A stretch of DNA of 64,000 nucleotides from Candidatus Marinacidobacterales bacterium. Its GTDB lineage: Bacteria > Acidobacteriota > Vicinamibacteria > Marinacidobacterales > SMYC01. Made by a program: the position numbers and the translations under genes. The stretch is taken from the NCBI GenBank assembly GCA_965237955.1, contig OZ250169.1, positions 1,984,001 through 2,048,000 on the forward strand. The letters are read 5' to 3'. Shown here in pieces: positions 10,530 to 21,869 of this stretch (position 1 is the stretch's first letter; every line of letters starts with the position of its first letter). The notes under the pieces are model-generated. The model worked only from the letters and a program-made list of their open reading frames with translations. It was not told the origin of the DNA and ran no database searches.

Positions 10530-11616
10530 TGCCTTGGTGCACAACTCCGATAGAGGCCGATAGCTCGCTTGGCCCCGACTCCCATCATCCGATCATCTCG
10601 CTATCAGGCATCCCGAGCGCCGTCATGGTGTTGAGAATCTTGCACCCGATCCTTGCCTCGACTCTCTGTGCCGCCAACCCTCTCGCTCGCATCGCTGAGC
10701 CCACGATAGCCTTGTAGCGATGGAACGTTGTCTCGACTTTGCTCCGTTTGCTGTAGCCCGATTCTGTGTGCCACTTTCGTTTGCCGAGCCGAGCTTGTGC
10801 TGCAATGTTGCGATTGCGCTGTCGGCTGCTCGCCGGCCCCGATGCGAGCTGGGCGCCCTTGCGCGGCGGTATCAGCACCCTCGGCGAGCAATGAGCGCTG
10901 TGATTCTCGATTGCCTCATAGACGCCGCCGGCGTCGTATGCGGTGTCAGCTCTGGCCGATGAGATGGGACTGTCGATCTGTCCGACAAGCGATGCAACCC
11001 GCGATGAATCGCGGGCTCTTTTGCTCGTCAGCTCGCCGGCGACGACTTCGCCACTCTGCTCGTCGACACACAGATGGAGCTTGCGATAGTCCCTGCTCTT
11101 TGGTGCTCTGCGCAGCTGGCCGGCGTGGACAGCGAGACCGCTGCTGTCGATCAAGATGTGCAACGGCGTCTTCTGCTTGTCTTGGTAGAAGGGGACCTTA
11201 CCCAGCTTCGCCTTGCGCCTCGAGATCGTGGTGTGATCGGGCACATCATTGTCTAGCTTCATCAGAGCGAACAACGATCGCAGCAATCCCTCGCTCTGCC
11301 TAGATGACAGATGAAACACCATGCCCAGGGTGACAGCCGTCTCGATGGCGTGGTTCGAGTACTTGCGTTGACGGCCCGGTTTCCTCCTCCTCGGCCGGGG
11401 CGCGTCCCAGTTCACAAGCTTGCCGGCGGTGAGCGAGATCCAGACGGTCAGGCTCCCACGGTTGCGTAGACCCGCCTCATATTCACGCCAATTCCTCACG
11501 CGATAGGCCTTCTTCACATACTTCCGCTGAGTGCGTTTGGAAATGCTCATGGGGAACCTCGAATCCGTGAGTAAAGGACAATTGTGGACCGAGATCGCGA
11601 GTTGTGCACCAAGGCA
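10530..11616 (-). mobile_element. IS5-family (IS903-like) element, transposase 11550..10585
   Basis: Perfect 18-bp IR TGCCTTGGTGCACAACTC; YRVRNW.EYEAGL..RGSLT.W, IDSSG, RKLHL, ADTAYD, RSKVET; no TSD. Confidence 0.92.
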
Positions 11617-11640
11617 TCTTTTCGTTGGTACAGCCACCGA

Positions 11641-12957
<1,317 letters not shown>

Positions 12958-13135
12958 TTAGGGGCGTATGGGCCGTCCGATTGACAGGCCTCACCCCCTG
13001 TGATAACAAGTCAGGGTAACATTGGGGTTAATCTTATCGAATGCCGACAGGACTGTCTCTAAGCAGTTTTTTCCTCGCTATTCATACCTTCGTTTGCTCG
13101 AGCGAGGCCGAGCCATCTCTCGGGGGAACGCGATC

Positions 13136-14974
13136 ATGATGAGAACTCGCGCTGCCATCATCTTCATAATTCTCGGATGGGTCCTCGCTTTCAACGCCTC
13201 TGGGGAAGCGCTGCCGCGGGCCGGGGAAGCGCCTCCGCGGGCCGGAATCGAGCTCGGAGGAAGCGTCAGTGACGAGCTCGGGCAACCGCTCGTGGGCGCC
13301 GTCGTCTCCGTTTTCGGAAAAAATCTAGCCGATGGGGCGCTCATCGCCGTCACCGACGCGTCCGGCCAGTTCCAGCTCGAAAGTGTCCCGCCGGGGCTGT
13401 ATCGGCTCCGCGCATACCTTTCCGGATTCCTGCCCTCGTCCTACGCCAAAGTCATCATCGAAGAAGGTGTGGAGCAAGTGGGCGCGGTTTTGATGAGTCT
13501 CGCCGCCCTCGACGGCGCCGAGGAAGCATCGGACGAAGCTTCGAGTAACTCTGGGAATAACTCTGGGCCCGATCGCAAGCGCACGCTCGCCGAGTTGAAC
13601 TGGCTCGTGGCCCACGGCGATCGCAACGTCTTGAAGAGCGACGATTGGGAGCTTCCGGTCGCGTCGCTCGAGCGCACTGAGACTGACACGCTTGCCGCTG
13701 ACGAGCCGACGTTCGCGTTCAGCGGAGAATTCGGCGTGCGCGCCGCGGCCTACGACCAAGGCCTCGACGAGTTTCCGGGAGGTGGCGCCGGGCTCGACGC
13801 GCGCCTCGCGTATGCGCGGCTTCATATCCCGACCAAGAACGACGGTCGCTGGCTCGTGAGCGCGCAAGTGCTGGAATCGGCGCTGTCGTCGTGGGCGGGC
13901 CGCGCCGACTACGTCAAAGGCAACCTCGCCGGGCACAAGCTCGGAGCCGGCGTCACGTACGGGAACTTCCTCTACGGCGACCTCGAGGATTTCCGGCCGC
14001 CAGAGGCTGCGCTCACGCGCCGCCGCGACCGTCCTGTCGGGCAGCGGTCCACCGAATGGTTCGGCTCGGTCTACGCTTCGGATTCGTTTGCGCTCGGCTC
14101 GGCTTCGATCAACGCTGGCATCGCGTATGAATATTTCGGTTTCCTGTCCAAGTCGGGCTATGCGGCTCCTCGCGTGGAAGTCGCGCAACCGTTGGGCGAG
14201 ACAGGACGAACCGTCGTCAAAGGGGCTGTCGACTACCGTGTTCTCGCTCCCGGTGGAGAGGACATCGGCCTACTTGCCCGCGTTGCGTTTGGAGACGTCT
14301 ACGGTCCGTCGCAGTCTCTCGGCTCCTCCTCCTCCTCGTTGCGTGCGGAGAGCACGGCGCGCTTTCAACTCGGGCTGGAGCGACAACTCACGAGTCGCAC
14401 CCGCATCGGCGTGCGGATGTTTCAGGAGAATGCTCACGACCAGCTCGTCAAGGTTTACATGAAAGACACGCTCGAAGGAGCCGGGGCGGGTCATTTCACC
14501 GTGGGCAACAAGGGCGATTTCAGAACCCGGAGCGTCGGGCTCATGGTCTCCCAGAGCTTCGGTGCGATGGAAGGCTCGATTGGATACACGTTCGGCATGG
14601 GCCGCGCGTTGTCGCCTCGGCTTCTCGGCGTTTCCTCTCCTACCGACAAGGAGATCCACGACGTGACCACCGCGGTGGCCACCTCGATCGATCGGACGAG
14701 AACGCGGCTGACCGCTCGGTATCGCTTCGTCAGCCATCCGACGTTCGCCGCCAGTCGAGACGGATTTGCTCCCGGCACCACCCAGGACTCACGCTTCAAC
14801 ATCCAGGTCTTCCAAGCGCTCCCGTTCGTGGGCTGGGACGGAACGAGCTGGGAGCTGATGGTGGCCGTGAGAAATCTTTTCTACGACGATTTCGAGAACA
14901 CGTCGGTACTCGACGAGATTGCCGTCATCGACGCACCACGCCGCGTCTTGGGCGGGGTTACTGTCCGCTTCTAG
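13136..14974 (+). CDS. Exported carboxypeptidase-regulatory-like domain plus beta-barrel (TonB-receptor-like) protein
   Basis: Signal peptide, GSVSDELGQPLVGAVV..TDASGQF..VPPGLY; C-terminal VTVRF. Confidence 0.7.
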   Translation: MMRTRAAIIFIILGWVLAFNASGEALPRAGEAPPRAGIELGGSVSDELGQPLVGAVVSVFGKNLADGALIAVTDASGQFQLESVPPGLYRLRAYLSGFLPSSYAKVIIEEGVEQVGAVLMSLAALDGAEEASDEASSNSGNNSGPDRKRTLAELNWLVAHGDRNVLKSDDWELPVASLERTETDTLAADEPTFAFSGEFGVRAAAYDQGLDEFPGGGAGLDARLAYARLHIPTKNDGRWLVSAQVLESALSSWAGRADYVKGNLAGHKLGAGVTYGNFLYGDLEDFRPPEAALTRRRDRPVGQRSTEWFGSVYASDSFALGSASINAGIAYEYFGFLSKSGYAAPRVEVAQPLGETGRTVVKGAVDYRVLAPGGEDIGLLARVAFGDVYGPSQSLGSSSSSLRAESTARFQLGLERQLTSRTRIGVRMFQENAHDQLVKVYMKDTLEGAGAGHFTVGNKGDFRTRSVGLMVSQSFGAMEGSIGYTFGMGRALSPRLLGVSSPTDKEIHDVTTAVATSIDRTRTRLTARYRFVSHPTFAASRDGFAPGTTQDSRFNIQVFQALPFVGWDGTSWELMVAVRNLFYDDFENTSVLDEIAVIDAPRRVLGGVTVRF

Positions 14975-14979
14975 GTCCA

Positions 14980-15012
14980 CAGCCATCGGCCATCAGCCAT
15001 CGGCCATCAGCC
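14980..15012. repeat. Heptamer tandem repeat (GCCATCR)n
   Basis: CAGCCATCGGCCATCAGCCATCGGCCATCAGCC just after the stop codon. Confidence 0.75.
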
Positions 15013-15172
15013 CAGCCAGCTCGGCTATCGCGTTGCTTTGCGGTGGTTTGACGATCCTTTACGTTGGATACTGGATCCAGCCCCGTGGATCCACTCGGAT
15101 GGACTTTCTCCACTCTTTTTCGTAAGTTGCTATAATTGAGTGACTTAAATCCATCGTCGTGCGCTGGCGTCG

Positions 15173-15188
15173 CGGTATAGAACTTGCT
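15173..15188 (+). promoter_or_regulatory. Putative sigma54 -24/-12 promoter
   Basis: CGGTATAGAACTTGCT fits GG-N10-GC spacing, upstream of the kinase / sigma54-activator pair. Confidence 0.4.
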
Positions 15189-15213
15189 TTAATGATTGTG
15201 AGGTCACTACAAA

Positions 15214-18111
15214 TTGACGAAGCGTGATTCGGGGTCTTGGAAGATTCCGCTCGTCCTGCTGACGAGCTCGATTCTGCTGACCCTTGCCGTCCACAACATC
15301 CATCAGAAATCACGCTTCGAGATCCTGGATGATGGCGTTTTTTGGGAAGATCACCAGGGACGCGTCACCGCCAAGCGCTTAGATCCCGATGGGCCGGCGT
15401 CTCGAGCCGGGCTTCAGATGGGTGATGTTCTCGTGCTGCTCGATAACGAGCCTATCGAGGAGGCGGCCGACGTTCGACTCGCTCTCGACGCCGCGACCGG
15501 CGGGCAGCAGATCGCCTATCAAATCGTTCGCGAGGAAGCTCGCCAGGCCGTCGAGCTGACGGTCGAGCCCCTCCCGCAGGGGAACGTCCCCGTTTACTAC
15601 TTTCTCGCTGCCGTCGGAATCTTCACGCTCGGCGTGGGAACCGTCGTCTACGTGCGACGGCGCGGGGTCGCGGCCACGGCGCACTTCTACATGCTGTGTC
15701 TGTTCTGGTTTCTCGCTTTCGGGTTCTCGTTCACCGGCGAACTCAACAGTTGGGACCGAGCCTTCTTCTGGATGGATGTCGCCGGGCTTCTGTTCTTCCC
15801 GCCGATCTTCCTCCACTTCGCGCTGTGCTTCCCAACGAGGCAAGCGCTCGTTCAGCGCCGCCCGTGGATTATCTGGGCGGTGTATCTCCCGGCGGTGGCA
15901 CTCCTCTACGTGCGCCTTACCGGGGAAGTCGCGTTCTTCTCGAACCTGGCGTGGGGAGACCGGCTCTTCATCGGCGCCGCGAACTTCCTCGACCGCATCG
16001 TCCCGGCACATATCGCGGCGATGTCGTTTCTGGCGTTCGTGTCGTTCGTCAACGCTCACCGCACGGCACGGAGCATCACCGTCAAGAAGCAGACGAAGTG
16101 GATCGTCTGGGGGACCGGTTTCGGGACGCTCCCGTTCGCGCTTTTCTATGCCGTTCCGTACCTATTCGGGGTGACTCCGTCTCTGGAGATGGATCTTTCG
16201 GTCGGAGCACTCGCCCTCATCCCGCTCTCGTTCGCGTACGCGATCGTCAAATACCGGTTGATGGACGTCGAGGTGTTGTTCAAGCGGGGAATGGTGTTCA
16301 CGCTGGCAACCGCGGTCGTCGGCGGGCTCTATCTCGCCATGTTTCTAATAGGCGCGAGCTACATGGTGGGCGACGAGCACAGCACCATCCTCGCGCTTTT
16401 GTCGGCGTTTGTCATCGTGCTCCTGTTCACCCCGATCAAGAGCCGTATCCAAAACGCAATCGATCGTTTGTTCTATCGCGGGCGCTACGACTACCGGCGA
16501 GCGCTCCTTGCGTTCTCGAGAGATCTCAATGCCCATCTGGACCTCGATCATTTGTCGTCGCGCGTGGTAGAGCGCGTTGGCGATACCTTCGAGGTCGAGA
16601 AGGTGGCGCTCCTGGTACCGTCGATGGATGGACTCCGCGTCCAAGCGGGTCACGGACTCACGGATCAGGAGTGGAGGAGCGTGCACATCTCGGAAAACTC
16701 TCCTCTGTACGCCCGGCTCGCGAACGGGGAAGCGGTCTATTACGGCGAGTTCGAGTGGAACCCGGCGCACAACGTTACCCGGGGCGAGAGCGGTGACGTC
16801 GTCGCCATCGAGGATTTGCAATACGCCATCCCCTGCCGTTCGCACGACAAGGTCGTCGGCGTCATCCTTCTCGGTCGTCGGTGGGACCAGAGCGCGCTTT
16901 CCAGCGAGGACATGGACCTCTTGGATATGCTCTCCGGTCAAGCGGCGACCGCGCTCGAGAATGCCCGGCTGTACCGCTCGCTCGAGCGCAAGGCAGCGGA
17001 GTTCGAGGTGCTCAAGGAACACAGCGAGAACACGATCGAGTCGCTCGAAGCAGGTATTCTCGTAATGGATCTTTCCGGAAACGTCGTCCGTTTCAACCGC
17101 GCGCTCGAGACGTTGTACGGGCTTCGGCGCGCACAAGCCATTGGAAGGCCGTTCGATACGCTGTTTCCCGCGTCGCTTTGCGACACGCTGGTCGCGTCCA
17201 TGGGCGAGTCATGGTGGACTCGGGGAGAGGCGAGTGGCATCTCCCGGTTGAACCTGAAGAACCTGCACGACGAGGACAAAGTCGTCAAGCTTCAGGTTGC
17301 GCCGTTCATCACCGAGGAGGAGGAGCCCGAGGGGACGATCGTGATCTTCGAGGACGTCACCGCACGGGTCGAGCTCGAGACCCAGCTTCAGCTCAAGGAG
17401 AAGATGGCTTCTCTTGGCCTCCTGGCCGCCGGCGTGGCCCACGAAGTCAACACGCCTCTCACCGGCATCAGCAGCTTTACCCAAATGCTGCAGGATCAAA
17501 CCGAGGCTAGCGACCCCAAGGCGACGCTTCTCGACAAGATCGAGCAACAAACCGAGCGCGCATCGAAGATCGTGAACAACCTGCTCAACTTCGCGCGCCA
17601 AGGTCGTGCGAGCTTCGTGCCGGTCAAGCTCAACGACGTGATCCGCGACGTCTTGTCGCTCTTGGAGCATCAGCTCATGCGCGCGCGCATCCAGGTGCGT
17701 CTCGAGCTCGCCGACGAGCTGCCGGAAGTCATGGGCGACGAGAACAAGCTCCAGCAAGTTTTTCTGAACCTCATCCTGAACGCGCAAGACGCCATGCCTT
17801 CGGGCGGGTGGGTGACATTGACCACCGCTCATAAGGGAGTCGAGGTTGTCGCCACGATCTCGGACACCGGCCAGGGCATCAGCCAGGAAGACATCAAGCG
17901 CATCTACGACCCGTTTTTCACGACGAAGGGCGCGGGTTCGAGCGGTACCGGTTTGGGACTTTCGATCACCTACGGAATCATTCAGGAGCATTCGGGTCAC
18001 ATCAACGTCGAGAGTTCGATCGGGAAGGGCACGAGCTTTTCGGTGCGCTTGTTACAGGCCGAGCGGGCTGAAGGCCGGCCCGCGCTGCGCCGCGCGCGGC
18101 CGAGTCGTTAG
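15214..18111 (+). CDS. Membrane sensor histidine kinase (PDZ, multi-TM, GAF, PAS, HisKA, HATPase)
   Basis: GPASRAGLQMGD, AGVAHEVNTPL, QQVFLNLILNA, DTGQGI, PFFTTK, GTGLGL. Confidence 0.93.
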   Translation: MTKRDSGSWKIPLVLLTSSILLTLAVHNIHQKSRFEILDDGVFWEDHQGRVTAKRLDPDGPASRAGLQMGDVLVLLDNEPIEEAADVRLALDAATGGQQIAYQIVREEARQAVELTVEPLPQGNVPVYYFLAAVGIFTLGVGTVVYVRRRGVAATAHFYMLCLFWFLAFGFSFTGELNSWDRAFFWMDVAGLLFFPPIFLHFALCFPTRQALVQRRPWIIWAVYLPAVALLYVRLTGEVAFFSNLAWGDRLFIGAANFLDRIVPAHIAAMSFLAFVSFVNAHRTARSITVKKQTKWIVWGTGFGTLPFALFYAVPYLFGVTPSLEMDLSVGALALIPLSFAYAIVKYRLMDVEVLFKRGMVFTLATAVVGGLYLAMFLIGASYMVGDEHSTILALLSAFVIVLLFTPIKSRIQNAIDRLFYRGRYDYRRALLAFSRDLNAHLDLDHLSSRVVERVGDTFEVEKVALLVPSMDGLRVQAGHGLTDQEWRSVHISENSPLYARLANGEAVYYGEFEWNPAHNVTRGESGDVVAIEDLQYAIPCRSHDKVVGVILLGRRWDQSALSSEDMDLLDMLSGQAATALENARLYRSLERKAAEFEVLKEHSENTIESLEAGILVMDLSGNVVRFNRALETLYGLRRAQAIGRPFDTLFPASLCDTLVASMGESWWTRGEASGISRLNLKNLHDEDKVVKLQVAPFITEEEEPEGTIVIFEDVTARVELETQLQLKEKMASLGLLAAGVAHEVNTPLTGISSFTQMLQDQTEASDPKATLLDKIEQQTERASKIVNNLLNFARQGRASFVPVKLNDVIRDVLSLLEHQLMRARIQVRLELADELPEVMGDENKLQQVFLNLILNAQDAMPSGGWVTLTTAHKGVEVVATISDTGQGISQEDIKRIYDPFFTTKGAGSSGTGLGLSITYGIIQEHSGHINVESSIGKGTSFSVRLLQAERAEGRPALRRARPSR

Positions 18112-18230
18112 TCGGTTGGGACAGAAAGCGGCGGGTCGGGCCTTTTGAAATCTTTCGAGAACCCCAAGTCTGGACGCGGATGACGTAAGAGCCTTGGACT
18201 AGAGCAAGCTTCGAGCGAGAATGGGTACGC

Positions 18231-19634
18231 GTGACTGAAGCAGGGACGATCCTCGTCATCGATGACGAAGAAGTCATGCGCGAGATCCTCGAGTCCGTTC
18301 TCAGCTCCGAGGGCTATCGAGTCAAGCTAGCGGCTACCGGTGAGCAGGGGCGCGAAATAGCCGCTCGCGAGCCCATCGAACTTGCCATCGTCGACGTGAT
18401 GCTTCCCGATGGGTCCGGCATCGACGTGCTCGACGAGCTGAAGAAGTCCGACCCCGAGCTGGTCGCGATCGTGATTACCGCGTTCGCTTCGATCGAAACC
18501 GGCATCGAGGCGATGAAGCGCGGCGCGTTCGACTATGTGATGAAGCCGTTCAACAACGACGAGCTGCGCGTCGTCGTGGCGAACGGGATGAAACAGCGCC
18601 GGCTCGTCGACGAGAACCGCACGCTCAAGGCCGCGTTGATCGACCGTCAACGCTTCGACGTTCTCGTGGGCAAGTCGCCCCGCATGCAAGAGGTCTACTC
18701 GCTAATCCAGCAAGTCGCGCCTTCCAAGAGCACGGTCTTGATTTCCGGTGAAAGCGGCACCGGTAAAGAGCTCGTCGCCAAAGCGATTCACAACCACAGC
18801 CCGCGGAAGCTGAAACACTTCGTCACCGTGAACTCGGGGAGTCTTCCGCCGGATCTGCTGGAGAGCAACCTGTTCGGGCACGTCAAGGGCGCCTTCACCG
18901 GTGCAGTGAGCCCCAAGAAAGGGCTTTTCGAGATCGCCGATGGCGGCAGTATCTTCCTCGACGAGATCGGCACCGTGCCGCTGGAAACACAAGCGAAGCT
19001 CCTCCGCGTCATTCAAGAAAAGGAGTTCATGCGTCTTGGGGGCGTCGACACCATACGCGTCGACGTTCGTATCATCGCCGCCACCAACAGCGATCTCAAA
19101 GAGCTCGTCGTCGACGGTCTGTTCCGGGAAGATCTCTTCTACCGATTGAACGTCATCAACGTCGGCCTTCCGCCGCTCCGCCAACGCAGAGAGGACATCA
19201 CGCTTCTCGCCCAGCACTTTCTCAAGAAATACGGCGACGAGAACGAACGCCCGGATCTCGAGCTTTCCTCCGAATCGGTTCAAACCCTGCTCGGCTACGA
19301 TTGGCCGGGGAACGTCCGCGAGCTCGAGAACGTCATCGAGCGTTCCGTCGTTCTTGCCAATGGTCCCGTCGTCGATCGACGATTGATTCCCGAGCACGTT
19401 CGCTCAGGTCCATCGTTTCGGCTGCCGCAGGTCGTCGTGCCCGAAGAGGGCATCTCGTTCCGCGACGTCATCACCGGTTTCGAGAAGCGGCTCATCGAAT
19501 CGAGCCTCGAAACTTCCGGTGGAGTTCAGAAAAAGGCGGCCCAGTTGCTCGGTCTGAAGCCGACGACGCTGAACGAAATGATCAAGCGCTACAACATCAC
19601 CTTGGAGAGGAAAGAGCCCTCTTCCACGCGGTGA
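18231..19634 (+). CDS. Sigma54-dependent response regulator (NtrC family)
   Basis: Receiver domain, GESGTGKE, GAFTGA, FLDEIG, WPGNVRELEN, Fis HTH. Confidence 0.96.
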   Translation: MTEAGTILVIDDEEVMREILESVLSSEGYRVKLAATGEQGREIAAREPIELAIVDVMLPDGSGIDVLDELKKSDPELVAIVITAFASIETGIEAMKRGAFDYVMKPFNNDELRVVVANGMKQRRLVDENRTLKAALIDRQRFDVLVGKSPRMQEVYSLIQQVAPSKSTVLISGESGTGKELVAKAIHNHSPRKLKHFVTVNSGSLPPDLLESNLFGHVKGAFTGAVSPKKGLFEIADGGSIFLDEIGTVPLETQAKLLRVIQEKEFMRLGGVDTIRVDVRIIAATNSDLKELVVDGLFREDLFYRLNVINVGLPPLRQRREDITLLAQHFLKKYGDENERPDLELSSESVQTLLGYDWPGNVRELENVIERSVVLANGPVVDRRLIPEHVRSGPSFRLPQVVVPEEGISFRDVITGFEKRLIESSLETSGGVQKKAAQLLGLKPTTLNEMIKRYNITLERKEPSSTR

Positions 19635-19688
19635 GCGCATTGGTCTTGCTCACTGCTTTTCTGTTCTCTCTGCTGTCACTCGAGCTCG

Positions 19689-20204
19689 ATGGTGAGCAAC
19701 GTGCAGTCAAAGCGCGTCTCGCGCACTACGATGCGGATCCCGGAGCTCGCTGACACTCGCGCAAACGACAACACCGTGGCCTTCACTAGCATTCAAAAGA
19801 TCCGGTTCGACGACGTGGACGGTGCCGGCATCGTCTACTATCCGCAGTTTTTCCACTTGTGCCACGCCGCGTTCGAAGACTTCTTCGATTCGGCGGCTCC
19901 GATGTCGTACCCTCAACTCGTCGGGGAGCGACGGCTGGGCTTTCCGACGGTTGCGATCCAGAGTGAGTTTCATGCGCCGTTGTCGTACGGTGACATTGCT
20001 ATCGTGGAGTTGTCGGTTAGCGAGATTGGTAACTCATCGTTGAAGCTCGGTTACGATATCCGGCGCAAGCGCGACGGAGCGCTTTGCTTTCATGGTGATA
20101 TCACTACGGTGCTGGTTGATTTGGATACGCTGAAGCCCGTCGGGATCGATTCTGAGCTAAGGAGGATTTTGGAGCAGTTTTTGTCGGGCTCGGGCTCGGG
20201 GTAA
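19689..20204 (+). CDS. Acyl-CoA thioesterase (4HBT/YbgC-like); real start probably downstream
   Basis: IRFDDVDGAGIVYY hotdog-fold motif. Confidence 0.85.
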   Translation: MVSNVQSKRVSRTTMRIPELADTRANDNTVAFTSIQKIRFDDVDGAGIVYYPQFFHLCHAAFEDFFDSAAPMSYPQLVGERRLGFPTVAIQSEFHAPLSYGDIAIVELSVSEIGNSSLKLGYDIRRKRDGALCFHGDITTVLVDLDTLKPVGIDSELRRILEQFLSGSGSG

Positions 20205-20213
20205 CTCCTAGTT

Positions 20214-21125
20214 TTAGGGGAGCGATGATAGGGCGGATTGGGCCATTTGGGCTTGGGGGCTTTCGGGGGCTACTTCCACGGTCTTTTGGAACGCGGCTTT
20301 GGCAGAATCCAGGTCGCCGGTGTTCAGGTACGCGTAGCCCAATTTCAGATGCGCGTCTGGCCAGTCCGGCTTGTATTCAGTCGCGACCCGATAAAACTCG
20401 ACGGCCTTCGCCGCGTTTTGTTGGTTGAAGTACATCTCGGCAACGTTGAACGGCACGATGGCGTCGGTCGTTTGACCAACGGCTTTCTCGAAGTACTCCA
20501 CCGCTTCGTCGAGCTTCTGCTGCGAGACGAGCATGTCGCCGACGCCGATGAGGGCGCCGGCGTGGCTTGCGTCCTCGGCAAGGACTTTTTCGAACTGCGC
20601 CAGAGCGGCATCGTAGTCACCCATCTCGCGATAAGCGATCGCGATGAACTCGTGCGTCTGGTAGAACGATGGCTGGGCCACGAGGAGCTCTTCGTACTTC
20701 GCGATGGCTTCTGAGTATTGCTCTTGCTTCAGAAGCTCGTTGGCCTCGTTGAGGAGCGCCTCGCTTCTCACCAGGGGATCGACCGCTACTACCAGCGGGA
20801 TGAGCACGACGTCCGCCATCTCGTTCGCCCCCAACGTTCGAACCGATCTTTTCTCGATCTTCAGCTCATAGCCCTCGGCTTGGAAATTGAAGTCGTAGGT
20901 TCCCGCGCGGAAGCCAATGAGGGCCCACCGACCGTCCTCATGGCTCGTTCCTGTGAGCTTCTTGCCGCTCTGGAGGAAGACGGTGATGACTGCCCCTTCG
21001 ATGGCGTTTCCTGCAGCGTCGGTGATCTTGCCGTTGACGCGCCCGGTGCCCATTTGCGCGAGCGCGACCCCGGTCGCGACGAGCAGAACCAACGAAACGG
21101 GAAGAGCGAGTTTTCTGATAGGCAT
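20214..21125 (-). CDS. Secreted TPR protein with N-terminal carboxypeptidase-regulatory-like domain
   Basis: Signal peptide, GKITDAAGNAIEGA, repeated TPR helices. Confidence 0.85.
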   Translation of the reverse strand: MPIRKLALPVSLVLLVATGVALAQMGTGRVNGKITDAAGNAIEGAVITVFLQSGKKLTGTSHEDGRWALIGFRAGTYDFNFQAEGYELKIEKRSVRTLGANEMADVVLIPLVVAVDPLVRSEALLNEANELLKQEQYSEAIAKYEELLVAQPSFYQTHEFIAIAYREMGDYDAALAQFEKVLAEDASHAGALIGVGDMLVSQQKLDEAVEYFEKAVGQTTDAIVPFNVAEMYFNQQNAAKAVEFYRVATEYKPDWPDAHLKLGYAYLNTGDLDSAKAAFQKTVEVAPESPQAQMAQSALSSLP

Positions 21126-21275
21126 GAAACGTCTCCAGTGTATAAGGCCTCGCCAACATTATAGATCAGGTGGCCGCCGTTTTCGTTCTCGCGCTGGCGC
21201 GCGCTCGTTGGGGGGAGTCTCTTCCCAGAACCCATTGACCTCAAACAACTTGCTGTGCTAGCGTGACATTCGATT

Positions 21276-21869
21276 ATGGGAGCACACAAAGAACCACCGA
21301 AAGAAAATGCAGAGCTCGAAGGCTCGATTCGAGAATTCAACGTCTCGGACATCGTTCAGTTTTTGAGCGGATCCGAGAAAACCGGGAAGCTCCGCCTCAG
21401 GGCGAGTCAATCGGGCGCCGAAGGTTCGATCCTATTCGCCGAAGGAACGGTCGTCCATGCCGAGCTGGGCGGCTCGGTGGGGGAAGACGCGTTTTTCGAT
21501 CTAATGCTTTGGGGCGAGGGACAGTTCGCGTTCGAGCCCGATGTCGAGCCGACGGAGAAAACGGTTTGCCAAAGCAGCACCAACCTTCTTCTGGAAGGGG
21601 CGCGGCGAAAGGACGAATGGAGCGTGCTGTCGCGCCACATTCCGGATATGGGACTCGTCCCCGAGTTCGTGCTTCCGGACGACAACGAGACCGGCCAGCA
21701 GATTACGTTGAACACGAGCGAATGGGTCGTTCTCTCGAAAATCGACGGCCAGCGGAATCTGAAGGAGGTTGCCGAGGCGGCAAACATTTCCGAGTACAAC
21801 ACGTGTCGGCTTCTCTATCCTCTCGTCGCGAACAAGCTCATCCGACTTCGCTCCCGTCGAGAGCCTTGA
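21276..21869 (+). CDS. DUF4388 (PATAN-like) domain protein
   Basis: LEGSIREFNVSDIVQFL..KTGKL, W.EGQFAF, LLLEGARRKDEW. Confidence 0.85.
   Translation: MGAHKEPPKENAELEGSIREFNVSDIVQFLSGSEKTGKLRLRASQSGAEGSILFAEGTVVHAELGGSVGEDAFFDLMLWGEGQFAFEPDVEPTEKTVCQSSTNLLLEGARRKDEWSVLSRHIPDMGLVPEFVLPDDNETGQQITLNTSEWVVLSKIDGQRNLKEVAEAANISEYNTCRLLYPLVANKLIRLRSRREP

Noticed and set aside
21263-21865. N-terminal extension of hemE
   Set aside because: Overlaps the DUF4388 gene; hemE homology starts at ~21866
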